Positions 1 to 9,597 of a stretch of 64,000 bases of DNA are shown here, in pieces. Under the pieces are notes generated by a model. The model made no database searches and had not been told where the DNA came from. It worked only from the letters and a program-made list of their open reading frames with translations. The stretch spans positions 7,796-71,795 of the forward strand of contig WQYC01000006.1 in NCBI GenBank assembly GCA_009781425.1, read 5' to 3'. The stretch is from Oscillospiraceae bacterium (GTDB taxonomy: Bacteria; Bacillota; Clostridia; Oscillospirales; Ruminococcaceae). The translations under genes and the position numbers were made by a program. Within the stretch, counting starts at the first letter, position 1, and each line of letters starts with the position of its first letter.

Positions 1-311
1 CGGGCAGAGTTCCCGTGTTCGAGCCTTCTCCTAAAATTTCATCAAAATTAATTGTGCTCATTGCAGATAAAGCACCGTCGAGCTCTGAAAGCCCGTCGTC
101 GCCGCCTGCTCCACCAGAAAGTTCAATTTCTTTCCCGGATTCAAAATCCGCTATTTGACTATCGCTCAAGGTATCTCCGCCTCCAAACATTTTAGATATT
201 TCTGCACTGTTATCAACATCGGGCTTTGCGTTTGCGCTCGCTCCGCAGTTTACGCATATAGTTGCGCCGGCAGAAAGCTCTCCGCCGCACTTTGGACAGG
301 AATTCGCCATT
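1..311 (-). CDS. zinc-ribbon domain protein, N-terminal part (gene runs off the window start)
   Basis: Not in the ORF track because it is open at the edge. Reverse-strand ATG at 311-309 follows GGAGGTG. Translates MANSCPKCGGELSAGATICVNCGAS... (CPKC...CVNC ribbon) then an acidic/Gly-rich tail. Confidence 0.6.
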
Positions 312-382
312 TTTACACCTCCGAGTGAGTTTATAACCTGTATTCTATCATTTTACCACGTTTATCTGAAATTGTCAATGAT

Positions 383-410
383 TGACTAAAAATCTGTTTT
401 GTGTTATAAT
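383..410 (+). promoter_or_regulatory. sigma-A-type promoter for the 451 gene
   Basis: TTGACT (383-388), 16-nt spacer, TGtTATAAT extended -10 (402-410), about 40 nt upstream of the start codon. Confidence 0.5.
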
Positions 411-450
411 ATAAAATATATATGAATTTAGCTGAAAAGAAAGGCGCGTA

Positions 451-2733
451 ATGAAAAAAAGCTTTGTTTTTTTATTAATAACGGTGCTCTTGTTTTCCTC
501 CTGCAGTAAGGTTATAAGCACGGAGAATCCTGACGACGCTGTTCATACAGAGGATTTCACGGAAGAGCCGGAGGAAATAATTCCTAAAACCGACATAATT
601 ATAGGCACAACCGGCATGACGGGCAGCTTTTCGCCGCTTCACAGCATGAGCGCGGGCGATATTGACGTCATGAGTGTAATTAATACGCCGCTCGTAACGC
701 TTGACAGGCGCGGCGAGGTCGTTCGTAACGCCGCTGTAGGTGAATGGCGGGCTTTCGGGAGCGGTGAATACTATTATGAGGGAATCGCCGACACCGCGAT
801 AAGTATCTCGGAAGATAATAATACGATTTTAACTTTTCGGCTTCGCGAGGATGTTTTTTTCAGTGACGGCGTGAATATGACCGCCGATGATATTATTTCC
901 ACGCTGTACGCGCTTTGTGATACTAATTACAGAGGGCGGTACGGTGCGGTGGGGCTGCTGCCGATTGATGGGCTTGAAAACTATAAAACAAACGCGGCTT
1001 CGGATATATACGAGAAATATGCCGAAATAGTTGCAAGCGGCGAATTTTCTGCCGAGCAGGCTGAGCTGTACTACGAATGTCAGCGGCAGGCGTGGCTCGC
1101 GCATATCCGCGCTGTCATGGATTATTGTGTGCAGAATTATGCAGATTCCGCCTATATAATCGCGGACGGCGATATACACAGAGACGAATGGCTACAGGTC
1201 GCGTTGGCTATGATGGTTTGGAAAATCGCTGATTTCCCCGAGCTTTCGGCAGGTGAATACGGAAGCTTCACCTCTGTTTCGGGCAGACAGTGGAACTTAA
1301 CGACGCAGTTCCCGTCGCTGATTGACTTATACAACGAGTTTTACGCGCTGTACGACGGCGATTTGGAAGCTTATATAAACGCCGAGCAAATCGGTCAGCC
1401 GTGGCTTGATAATGTGACCCGGCGCGCCGAACTGCTTTTTATCAGAGAAATGGCGGCACTTGAAGAGGAGAACAGCGGCGCGGATAGTATCAGCGGAATC
1501 CGCAGATTGAACAACTACACGGTCGAGGTCTCGCTGACAGGGAATAATCCGTCGGCTGTTTACGCCTTTACCTTTCCTGTAGTGCCGCGGCATAGTAACA
1601 ATACGCCGCTCGGAGCGGGACCTTATAAGCTGATTGCTTACTACAACGGCGTTGCCGCGCTCGAAGCCAACGAGTTCTATTATAAAGGAGCACCGGAGGC
1701 TTCCGAGATTTCTTTTGTGGAAATGAATCCCGATGACTTAATTTACAACGCCGCGTTGGGCGAAGCGGATATTATCGCGGTTACGGCGACAGGCGAGACG
1801 CTCGGCGAGATTTACGCCTACAGTACTGCGGGGCTTGAAGCGCAGGAGTTTGATTACGGCGCGTTCGGTTATATCGGCTTTAACGCTGAAAGAATCAGCA
1901 TTGACGAAGAGCCGCTTAGTGAAGAAAGTGTAAATTTACGCAAAGGCATTGCGGTGATTATGGCGGCGTATCGTGATATTTCTGTTTGGAATTATTACGA
2001 AGGCTCGGCGAAGGTCAGCGAGTATCCTCTTTCAAGCGTTTCGTGGGCGGCTCCGCGCAGAGGAGATAACGCTTTCAGAACAGCCTTCGGAATAAATGTA
2101 AACGGCGAAGAAATATTTGAACCTGACATGAACAAAGCAAGGCGGCTCGAAGCCGCGAAGCGTGCCGCGCTCGGCTACTTTGAAGCGGCGGGCTGTACGC
2201 TCAACGCGGCAGGGAACGCGATTATCGAGCTTCCCGAGGGTATGAGCGGGAATTATGAAGTTTATATAGTCGGTTACGGCGCGGGAAGGCATCCGTCGTT
2301 TTTACTTCTGACAATGGCGGCGGACGCACTGCGCTCTGTCGGGATTAATATTGATATAATCGACGTTTCGTCGTCTGCGGAGTTGTACGAAGCGGTCTTC
2401 GGCGGGACTGCCGATATGTGGTGCGCGGCGTGGCAGGGTGAGGTCTCGCCGAATACGAGCAAGGCTTTTTCAAGCCTCGGCGCAGAGAATTTCTTTGGTC
2501 TTTCGGACGAAGCGATTGACCAGCGGATTGACTTAGCGAATACCTCGCTGAACTTAGAGTTTTACAGGAACGCGCTGGAGCTCGTTCTTGAAAGCGCGGT
2601 TTGCGTCCCTGTTTATCAAAGGCAGAGGTATTATATTTTCAGCGGCGCGCTTGAACAAAGCACGATTGAAGCGGATTTAACGGCTCATTATAGTTGGGCG
2701 GAAATAATATGGAAAATAAAAATAGGAGGGTAA
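451..2733 (+). CDS. ABC transporter substrate-binding lipoprotein, family 5 (peptide/nickel type)
   Basis: 760-aa ORF. Signal peptide plus lipobox (LLFSSC). Size and motif pattern are typical of SBP_bac_5 proteins. No cognate permease genes are adjacent. Confidence 0.75.
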   Translation: MKKSFVFLLITVLLFSSCSKVISTENPDDAVHTEDFTEEPEEIIPKTDIIIGTTGMTGSFSPLHSMSAGDIDVMSVINTPLVTLDRRGEVVRNAAVGEWRAFGSGEYYYEGIADTAISISEDNNTILTFRLREDVFFSDGVNMTADDIISTLYALCDTNYRGRYGAVGLLPIDGLENYKTNAASDIYEKYAEIVASGEFSAEQAELYYECQRQAWLAHIRAVMDYCVQNYADSAYIIADGDIHRDEWLQVALAMMVWKIADFPELSAGEYGSFTSVSGRQWNLTTQFPSLIDLYNEFYALYDGDLEAYINAEQIGQPWLDNVTRRAELLFIREMAALEEENSGADSISGIRRLNNYTVEVSLTGNNPSAVYAFTFPVVPRHSNNTPLGAGPYKLIAYYNGVAALEANEFYYKGAPEASEISFVEMNPDDLIYNAALGEADIIAVTATGETLGEIYAYSTAGLEAQEFDYGAFGYIGFNAERISIDEEPLSEESVNLRKGIAVIMAAYRDISVWNYYEGSAKVSEYPLSSVSWAAPRRGDNAFRTAFGINVNGEEIFEPDMNKARRLEAAKRAALGYFEAAGCTLNAAGNAIIELPEGMSGNYEVYIVGYGAGRHPSFLLLTMAADALRSVGINIDIIDVSSSAELYEAVFGGTADMWCAAWQGEVSPNTSKAFSSLGAENFFGLSDEAIDQRIDLANTSLNLEFYRNALELVLESAVCVPVYQRQRYYIFSGALEQSTIEADLTAHYSWAEIIWKIKIGG

Positions 2734-2735
2734 TT

Positions 2736-3650
2736 ATGATTGACTATTTTGCGGGGAAATACTTTGTACAGGAAGGCTTGCTGAAAGCCGAGAAGCTCAC
2801 GGAAATCATGACGCGGCAGAACGTGGTTCATGATAATTACAACACGCTCAAAAAAGACGCAAACAGCTTTCTTGAAGAAAATCAAGTCATGCTGATTAAA
2901 TTAATGCAGCATACGATTGACGAAAAGCTCGGCGACTTGGCTTTTGAGTATGGCGGTGTTAACGAGGAAAAGTTCAAGTTTACTGTAAAAAAGCAGGAAA
3001 TGCTGAACACTGCGTTCTTTGACCAGCTTATAGTTGAGGGGATTATTACGCCTGATTTAATTGCGCCGCTGCTTGAAAAAATGCGGAATTATTACGGACT
3101 CAACAGCCCGAATATTTCGCATAATCTGAAGCATGATTTTGACGTAATTCTCGGCACACATATCAATACGGGCGAGCGTTATGCAAATGAATACATGAAT
3201 ATCGCGTTGAAATACATTCTACGCTTCGTCGGGACGAACATCAAGCTCGGCAAGGCGAACCCTGTCAGAAGCTATTTTGCGAAGCGTGCGGCGATTCAAA
3301 AGGTAGTCACTGACCCGCGCCGTTATTTTATCGGGATTTGCGGAGAAAAGGAAATTCTGCATAATTTCAATGACGGGCTCGGACACAGCTTCTCGAACAG
3401 CAATAAAAAAGACGCACGTTACAGCGCGATGTGTGCGTTCGTTGATTGCATTTCCAATGTGTTCCAATGCCTGACTATGACTGAGAAAAACGTGCTTCTT
3501 GTTGACGAATCAGCAGTGTATAAATTTGCGACGATTGCTTCTGAAAATAAAATTTACGTTATGCCGCTGACGGTGCGGGATATGGATATTGAAATTATCG
3601 CGGGCTACGGCGATAAGCCTAATTTCGCGGTAATGTCGCACAATCTTTAA
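2736..3650 (+). CDS. hypothetical cytoplasmic protein
   Basis: Start trimmed to ATG 2736, which follows AGGAGGG. The track start at 2694 overlaps the upstream gene. 304 aa, no TM or signal peptide, no motif I can name. Confidence 0.55.
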   Translation: MIDYFAGKYFVQEGLLKAEKLTEIMTRQNVVHDNYNTLKKDANSFLEENQVMLIKLMQHTIDEKLGDLAFEYGGVNEEKFKFTVKKQEMLNTAFFDQLIVEGIITPDLIAPLLEKMRNYYGLNSPNISHNLKHDFDVILGTHINTGERYANEYMNIALKYILRFVGTNIKLGKANPVRSYFAKRAAIQKVVTDPRRYFIGICGEKEILHNFNDGLGHSFSNSNKKDARYSAMCAFVDCISNVFQCLTMTEKNVLLVDESAVYKFATIASENKIYVMPLTVRDMDIEIIAGYGDKPNFAVMSHNL

Positions 3651-3691
3651 CCACCCGCACCTCACACGGAGGGGAATTAACGGAGGGAATA

Positions 3692-4045
3692 ATGGACTGG
3701 TCTTTTATATTTGCTACAGTAATCACAGGGCTTGCGGTTGTGTTCGCAGTGCTGATATTTCTGATTGTTTTACTTAAAATAATGGGCGTTTTATTAACTG
3801 CAAAGCCGCGCAAAAAGCCTGCGGTTATAACGCCGAGACCTGCGCCGGTTATCGCAAAACCCGCGCCGCCTGTGAGTGTTAAACCGAAAGCAGACGACTT
3901 GCAGGTGATTGCAGTTATAACCGCGGCGATTCACGCTTACGGTGAAGCGAGCGGCAAGAAACTGCGGATTGTTGACGTTAAAAAGCGGGAAAATAACGCC
4001 CGCTCGATTTGGGGTAACATGGGTGTAATTGAAAGCATGAGGTAA
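3692..4045 (+). CDS. OadG-family Na+-translocating decarboxylase gamma subunit
   Basis: 117 aa. N-terminal TM helix, Pro/Ala-rich linker (PRPAPVIAKPAPPVSVKP), then VIAVITAAIHAY. This is typical OadG architecture, and it sits directly upstream of the beta subunit. Confidence 0.75.
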   Translation: MDWSFIFATVITGLAVVFAVLIFLIVLLKIMGVLLTAKPRKKPAVITPRPAPVIAKPAPPVSVKPKADDLQVIAVITAAIHAYGEASGKKLRIVDVKKRENNARSIWGNMGVIESMR

Positions 4046-4047
4046 AA

Positions 4048-5217
4048 ATGCAGGTTTTTATTGATTCGATGAAGGGCTTGTGGGAGAAGTCGGGCTTCGT
4101 GAACGGCACGTGGCTTGACCTTGCTATGCTTGCGATTTCGCTCGTGCTGATTTATCTCGCAATCGCGAAAAAATACGAGCCGCTCCTGCTTTTGCCGATT
4201 TCTGTCGGTATGCTTCTGACGAATATTCCGGGCGGAAATATGTTTAATCCCGAGCTGTTCGCAGGCGAAAGCGTTAACTTCGCATTAGTTTTAAACCAAG
4301 GCGGATTTCTTGATTTGCTGTACCTTGGCGTTAAATTGCAACTTTTTCCGCTTTTGATTTTCTTTGGCGTCGGCTGCATGACGGATTTTGGACCTTTAAT
4401 TGCGAATCCGTCGAGCTTTCTGCTCGGCGCGGCGGCGCAGGCGGGGATTTTTATTACCTTTATCGGCGCGTTCGCGCTCGGCTTCCCCGGGGGCGAAGCC
4501 GCGTCAATTGCGATGATAGGCAGTGCGGACGGGCCGACGACGATTTGGCTTGCGACCCGCCTTGCGCCTGAAATGCTCGGCTCGATTGCGATTGCGGCGT
4601 ACTCGTACATGGCGCTCATTCCTGTGATTCAGCCGCCGATTATGAAGCTTTTGACCACAAAAAAAGAGCGCGTTGTACGCATGGCGCAATTGCGTTTCGT
4701 GTCAAAAAAAGAGCGGATTTTCTTTCCGATAATCGTTACAATTATTGTCGGATTCATGATTCCCGACGCGTTAGGCTTAGTCGGAATGTTGATGCTTGGG
4801 AATTTATTTAAGGAGAGCGGAGTGGTTGACCGCCTTGTGAAAACCTCGCAGAACGAGTTGATGAATGTGGTTATAATCATGCTCGGAATGGCAGTCGGCG
4901 CGACCGCGAAGGCTGAAAATTTCCTCAATTTAAGGACGCTGATGATTATAGGTTTAGGCTTGGCGGCGTTCATGCTCGGGACGGCGTGCGGCGTGCTTTT
5001 CGGGAAGCTGATGTGCTTTTTCGGTAAGAAAAAAACTAACCCGCTGATAGGTTCAGCGGGGGTGAGCGCACTTCCGATGGCGGCGCGGGTTACGCAGAAA
5101 ATCGGGCAGGAAGCCGACCCGAACAATCATTTGCTTATGCACGCGATGGGACCGACGGTGTCAGCGATTATAGGAAGCGCAGTGGCGGCTGGGATTATGT
5201 TTAGCTTGTTCGGATAG
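4048..5217 (+). CDS. sodium ion-translocating decarboxylase beta subunit (OadB/GcdB/MmdB family)
   Basis: 389-aa polytopic membrane protein with family-typical segments (GSADGPT, IGSAGVSALPMAARV). Starts 3 nt after the gamma subunit. Confidence 0.9.
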   Translation: MQVFIDSMKGLWEKSGFVNGTWLDLAMLAISLVLIYLAIAKKYEPLLLLPISVGMLLTNIPGGNMFNPELFAGESVNFALVLNQGGFLDLLYLGVKLQLFPLLIFFGVGCMTDFGPLIANPSSFLLGAAAQAGIFITFIGAFALGFPGGEAASIAMIGSADGPTTIWLATRLAPEMLGSIAIAAYSYMALIPVIQPPIMKLLTTKKERVVRMAQLRFVSKKERIFFPIIVTIIVGFMIPDALGLVGMLMLGNLFKESGVVDRLVKTSQNELMNVVIIMLGMAVGATAKAENFLNLRTLMIIGLGLAAFMLGTACGVLFGKLMCFFGKKKTNPLIGSAGVSALPMAARVTQKIGQEADPNNHLLMHAMGPTVSAIIGSAVAAGIMFSLFG

Positions 5218-5223
5218 CAGTAA

Positions 5224-6051
5224 TCACGGCTTTCTTCCCATATATAATTGAAAAACATAATCTTTTTTATATGAACCGCCGTGCTTGTTTATAACGTCCT
5301 TTACGCCTGCGTACAGAGCCGTTCTGTCGCTTTCGGGCAGGCTTCTGTGGTCGGAAAGAGTGTCAAGAAAAGAGATATATTCGTCGGTGCTGTATGTCAG
5401 TGCAGCGTCATAAAGCTTTGCCGAAATATCCGTAAACCCGTATGTTTTCAAGTCCTTAAAACCGAAGCCACGTAAAATTTCTGTCGGCTCTAAATATTCC
5501 TCACGGGGTATTTGGAGCGGTTTTTTATATGGCTTGTGATAATATTTTTTGTATATTTCTTGGATTTCTTCGTAATTTTCGTTGCCGTCAGCCCGAATAA
5601 CATTATAACGGAATAACGCGAAGGTTCCGCCGCTTTTAAGTATACGGAAGACTTTTGGGCAGCCGATTTCGGCGTTAACCCAATGAAAAGCGGACGCGGC
5701 GTAAACTAAATCATAACTGTCATCTTCAAGCGGGGCAATTTCAAAATCAGAAGTAATTACATTGAAATTTTTATATTCATTAAATCGCGATAATAAAAAC
5801 TGCACCATATTTTCGCCAAGCTCCACCGCAGTCACGCTGAAGCCCGCAGAGAGAAAAGGCACAGTCGCTTTTCCTGTGCCTGCGCCTATTTCGAGCGCTT
5901 TATTAGCGGTTGAATAAGTTAAAATATCCTTAAATAATTCGCTCGGATATTCGGGGCGGATTTTATCATAGGTTTCAACAATTTCATCGAAATGAACCCG
6001 CCTTTCGCGCTCCCAGCCTGTGCTGATTTCGGCTTCTTCGTTTTTATTCAT
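5224..6051 (-). CDS. class I SAM-dependent methyltransferase
   Basis: 275 aa with motif I LEIGAGTGK. Overlaps the upstream gene by 8 nt. Confidence 0.85.
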   Translation of the reverse strand: MNKNEEAEISTGWERERRVHFDEIVETYDKIRPEYPSELFKDILTYSTANKALEIGAGTGKATVPFLSAGFSVTAVELGENMVQFLLSRFNEYKNFNVITSDFEIAPLEDDSYDLVYAASAFHWVNAEIGCPKVFRILKSGGTFALFRYNVIRADGNENYEEIQEIYKKYYHKPYKKPLQIPREEYLEPTEILRGFGFKDLKTYGFTDISAKLYDAALTYSTDEYISFLDTLSDHRSLPESDRTALYAGVKDVINKHGGSYKKDYVFQLYMGRKP

Positions 6052-7234
6052 TAATAAATCTCCTCATTAGCTCATGTCCAACCTCCACGAAATCCCCGCT
6101 CGCTTTCGCGGTTTCTTCTGTGAAAACTTTGGCACCTCGTAGCAAACTGCCGTTTGCTACATTTTGCACTTTCGTAGAGTCATAAATTAAGTACGGCACG
6201 GGGTCATTCGTGTGCGTGTGGAGCGACAGCGGTGTTGCGTGGTCGGGACAAATTAAAATTCGCATCGGCTCGTTTTCAAAAGCCGCCAAAAACGGCGCAA
6301 GCACCAGCTCGTCAATAAGCTCGATGGCCTTAACTTTCCCCTCAACCTCGCCCCTGTGTCCGCACTCGTCGGGCGCTTCGATGTGCAGATAAACTAAGTC
6401 TGCACCTGACTTTAAAGCGTTAATCGCGGCGCTTGCTTTACCCGCAAAATTCGTATCAAGATAACCTGTCGCGCCGGGTACGTTTATCACGTCCATACCT
6501 GTAAATTTCCCGATACCTTTGAGCAAATCCACCGCCGAAATCATGGCGGCTTTTTTGTTATATTTGTCGCTGAACAAAGGCAAATCGCGCTTTTTCCCCT
6601 CGCCCCAAAGCCAAATCGAATTCGCTTTTTTTCCTTTAAGAAGCTTGTAAGATTTTTGCATAAGCGTGAGCAGTTCGCTGTTGTTTTCATTCGCTTCAAG
6701 GCAGTCGCCGACGAGCTTTCCTGTAATATCATGCGGAGGAACTATGTTCAAATTCACTCTGCCGTTTTTCCAAATTAAGCAGTGCCTGTATTGAATTCCT
6801 GTGTGGAATTTAAACTGCTCACTGCCTAATTTTTCGTTGACTAATGCGATTAATTTTGCCGCTTCTTGAGTGTGAATATCATCGGCGCAATAGCTCAACA
6901 TAACTGCATTTTCAAAGTCATTTTCGTCGGATAATTTAACGAGATTGCACCGAATTGCAACGTCGTTCGGCTCCATTTCGATTCCGATACTCGCCGCCTC
7001 ATACGGCGAACGCCCCGAATAATAAACCTCGGGGTTGTAACCGAGAATCGACAGGTTTGCGACGTCGCTTCCGGGCTTCATATTGTCCTGAACTGTCTTG
7101 ACCAAACCAAGTTCAGAAACGCTTGCAAGCCTGTCCATTGCAGGCTTTTTCGCGGCTTGCATAGGCGTTAAGCCGCCGAGCTTTTCAAGCGGAAAATCGG
7201 ACATTCCGTCACATAACAGAACGAGATATTTCAT
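6044..7234 (-). CDS. apgM: cofactor-independent phosphoglycerate mutase, archaeal type (the family also contains proposed homoserine kinases)
   Basis: 396 aa. N-terminus MKYLVLLCDGMSD...; metal-site segments HIEAPDECGH and CPDHATP. Confidence 0.8.
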   Translation of the reverse strand: MKYLVLLCDGMSDFPLEKLGGLTPMQAAKKPAMDRLASVSELGLVKTVQDNMKPGSDVANLSILGYNPEVYYSGRSPYEAASIGIEMEPNDVAIRCNLVKLSDENDFENAVMLSYCADDIHTQEAAKLIALVNEKLGSEQFKFHTGIQYRHCLIWKNGRVNLNIVPPHDITGKLVGDCLEANENNSELLTLMQKSYKLLKGKKANSIWLWGEGKKRDLPLFSDKYNKKAAMISAVDLLKGIGKFTGMDVINVPGATGYLDTNFAGKASAAINALKSGADLVYLHIEAPDECGHRGEVEGKVKAIELIDELVLAPFLAAFENEPMRILICPDHATPLSLHTHTNDPVPYLIYDSTKVQNVANGSLLRGAKVFTEETAKASGDFVEVGHELMRRFINE

Positions 7235-8168
7235 AATATTTCTCCAAAAACCATATGTTTTTCACTTCAAATTCGCGGTCTTTTAAGTACTCCAAAATGC
7301 CCGCGTTTGTCTTAAAATCGAAGCGCAATTTATAGCTGTAAAGTGCTTGAAATTTAAACTCCTTTGAAGGCTTTCCATACTTGCCGTCGCCGAGCAGCGG
7401 ATGCCCGATAAACGCCATGTGCGCGCGGATTTGGTGCGTTCTGCCGGTAAGCAGATTTACCTCTAAAAGCGAATGTTTTTCACCGCCATGAATCACACGA
7501 TATGCAGTTTTAATTGTCTTAGAATTCTGCGTTTTTTTGTGCGAAATTTTAACCTTGTTTTGCTCGGGAAATTTTTCAAGCTCGGCGGTAATTGTATCTG
7601 TTTTTTTATCCTTCGCAAACGCGCCGTGAACGGCGCAAAGGTAGAGCTTTGTAAGCTCGCGGTCTTTCAGTTTTTGCGAGATTATACGCAAGCTTTCAGC
7701 ATTTTTCGCGGCGATGACAATGCCGCCCGTGTTGCGGTCGATGCGGTTGCAAAGAGACGGACGGAAGCTGAGTTCGTTTTCGGGCGCGAATTCATTCTTG
7801 CTTTGTAAGTACAGCAAAACTCGATTTATCAGCGTGTCGGGCGAGTTTTCGTTGTCTTCATGAACAGGTAAGCCAACAGGCTTGTCCAAAATTAAAAGGT
7901 TTTCATCCTCATAAATTATATTCAAATCGCGCGGAATTTCGTATGAAAAAGCGTGCTTTTTATCAATGAGAAATTCGTCCATATAAAGCCGCAGAACATC
8001 GTTCTTGATAAGACGATAATCTGCGTTTTCGCGCTTGCTGTTAACCTTTATGCGGTTTTTGCGGAGCGAGCTTCGTATGATTCCCTGACTTAAATTCGGG
8101 AAGGCTTTGCATAAAAATCTATCAAGCCGTTGCCCCGAATCGTTTTCATTTACGACTAATTCCCGCAT
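7209..8168 (-). CDS. RluA-family 23S rRNA pseudouridine synthase with S4 domain
   Basis: 319 aa. S4-like N-terminus (RLDRFL), catalytic NRIDRNTGG, and GRTHQIRAH motif. Confidence 0.9.
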   Translation of the reverse strand: MRELVVNENDSGQRLDRFLCKAFPNLSQGIIRSSLRKNRIKVNSKRENADYRLIKNDVLRLYMDEFLIDKKHAFSYEIPRDLNIIYEDENLLILDKPVGLPVHEDNENSPDTLINRVLLYLQSKNEFAPENELSFRPSLCNRIDRNTGGIVIAAKNAESLRIISQKLKDRELTKLYLCAVHGAFAKDKKTDTITAELEKFPEQNKVKISHKKTQNSKTIKTAYRVIHGGEKHSLLEVNLLTGRTHQIRAHMAFIGHPLLGDGKYGKPSKEFKFQALYSYKLRFDFKTNAGILEYLKDREFEVKNIWFLEKYYEISRSVM

Positions 8169-8371
8169 TATTTCTGAATCCGCAGAAAGCCGTGGCTCTC
8201 GAAATGCGAGCAGACGCGGCTAAAAAAATCGTGCGAATTAGTGCAATCCGCACTGAAATCCGGCAAGGATTTTTTTGCCTTTTCAAACGCTGAATTTTCG
8301 TTGTCGCCCATGAACCAAAGTTGGTTTTTCCAAGTCCCGAAACCGATTGAAATTATGAACGATTTCTTCAT
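8168..8371 (-). CDS. small hypothetical protein (67 aa)
   Basis: ORF exactly fills the ddl-rluA gap. It has a 4-nt overlap with the ddl stop and a 1-nt overlap with the rluA-family start. No recognisable motif. Confidence 0.4.
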   Translation of the reverse strand: MKKSFIISIGFGTWKNQLWFMGDNENSAFEKAKKSLPDFSADCTNSHDFFSRVCSHFESHGFLRIQK

Positions 8372-9546
8372 GTTTTACTTCCTTTCACACCGAGTTTTAC
8401 ATTGGATAAAATGTTCGTTTCAAATGAGAAATTAACTGCCTTATTTTCGCGTTCACGCTTCAGTGCAAGATTGATTATTTTGTCGAGTAATTCAGGATAT
8501 TTCACGCCCACAGGCTCCCACAAATAGAACGCTAAGCTGCCGGGAACTGTGTTGATTTCGTTGTAAAATAATTCACCGTTTTTGTCGTCATAAAGGAAGT
8601 CAATTCGTGCAACTCCCGAGCAGCCGAGTGCGCGGAAGGATTGAACGGCAAGTGTGCGGATTTTCTCGCGCAGTTCTGAGGGAATATCGGCGGGGATTTT
8701 TCTCGAAAGCGATGCCATACCCGCGTTTTTTCTGCCTTTAGAATTGCTCTTATATTTATCATCGTAGCTCAAAATTTCGTCTTTAGAAATAGGCTCTTCG
8801 CACTCGCTCGCCTCTGCGCCGTCCCTGTCGCCAAGCACAGAAACATTGATTTCGCGCAGGTTTTGAACAGCGCGTTCAGCTATGATTTCGCCCGAAAACA
8901 TAAACGCGTGCTCAAGTGCTTCTTCGCAGTTATTTGCACTTTCTGCGACTTTAATTCCCACGCTTGAACCGAGGTTTATCGGCTTAATAACAGCAGGAAA
9001 ACCGATTTTATCTTCGATAGTTTTTATCACTGCTTCAACATCGGCGAAGTACTCGGAAGCGGAAAATTTCACGCAGTCGAGAACAGGAATTCCCTCGTGC
9101 TTGAGCAGAATTTTCTGTGTAAATTTATTCATGCCGACCGCCGCGCTATGCACATCACAGCCCACATAAGGCACGCCGAGAAATTCTAATAAACCCTGTA
9201 ACGCGCCGTCCTCGACGTTGGTTCCGTGACCGAGCGGGAAGGCAATATCTATCTCGGAAATTACTTTTTTTGCGAAGCCTGCGGGGTATTTTACGAGCAG
9301 AGCTTTATTACCGTCGCGCACGGGAAACACGCGTATACTCTGCCTTTTCAAGAGCGCGAGGTCGGCGTAAGACTCGATTCTGCCGGTCATAATTCCGGTG
9401 TACATACAATTATTTTTGTCGATGTAGACGGGAATTACGTCGTATTTAGAAGTGTCAAGCGCACCGATTGCCTGTAGTGCGGTAATCACGGAAACCTCGT
9501 GTTCAACGCTCTTTCCGCCGAAAAAAACAGCTAATTTTATTCTCAT
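8368..9546 (-). CDS. ddl: D-alanine--D-alanine ligase (long form)
   Basis: 392 aa. N-terminus VFFGGKSVEHEVS, ATP-grasp segments, C-terminal EINTVPG. Adjacent to a murF-like gene. Confidence 0.9.
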   Translation of the reverse strand: MRIKLAVFFGGKSVEHEVSVITALQAIGALDTSKYDVIPVYIDKNNCMYTGIMTGRIESYADLALLKRQSIRVFPVRDGNKALLVKYPAGFAKKVISEIDIAFPLGHGTNVEDGALQGLLEFLGVPYVGCDVHSAAVGMNKFTQKILLKHEGIPVLDCVKFSASEYFADVEAVIKTIEDKIGFPAVIKPINLGSSVGIKVAESANNCEEALEHAFMFSGEIIAERAVQNLREINVSVLGDRDGAEASECEEPISKDEILSYDDKYKSNSKGRKNAGMASLSRKIPADIPSELREKIRTLAVQSFRALGCSGVARIDFLYDDKNGELFYNEINTVPGSLAFYLWEPVGVKYPELLDKIINLALKRERENKAVNFSFETNILSNVKLGVKGSKT

Positions 9547-9597
9547 GTTTCCTCCTTATTCCCCTCTGCGGAGGGGTGCCGCGAAGCGGCGGGGTGG

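Noticed and set aside
2736-3650. Weak resemblance of the C-terminal part (YSAMCAFVDCISNVFQCL...) to CheX/CheC-type phosphatase helices.
   Set aside because: The similarity rests on a few residues only. No che genes are adjacent. It is left as hypothetical.
4152-5126. Three minus-strand ORFs (155, 61 and 165 aa) inside the OadB-like gene. Similar antisense ORFs occur in most long genes (for example 27403-27978 and 13742-14647).
   Set aside because: They are embedded antisense in confidently assigned genes and have no RBS or recognisable motifs.
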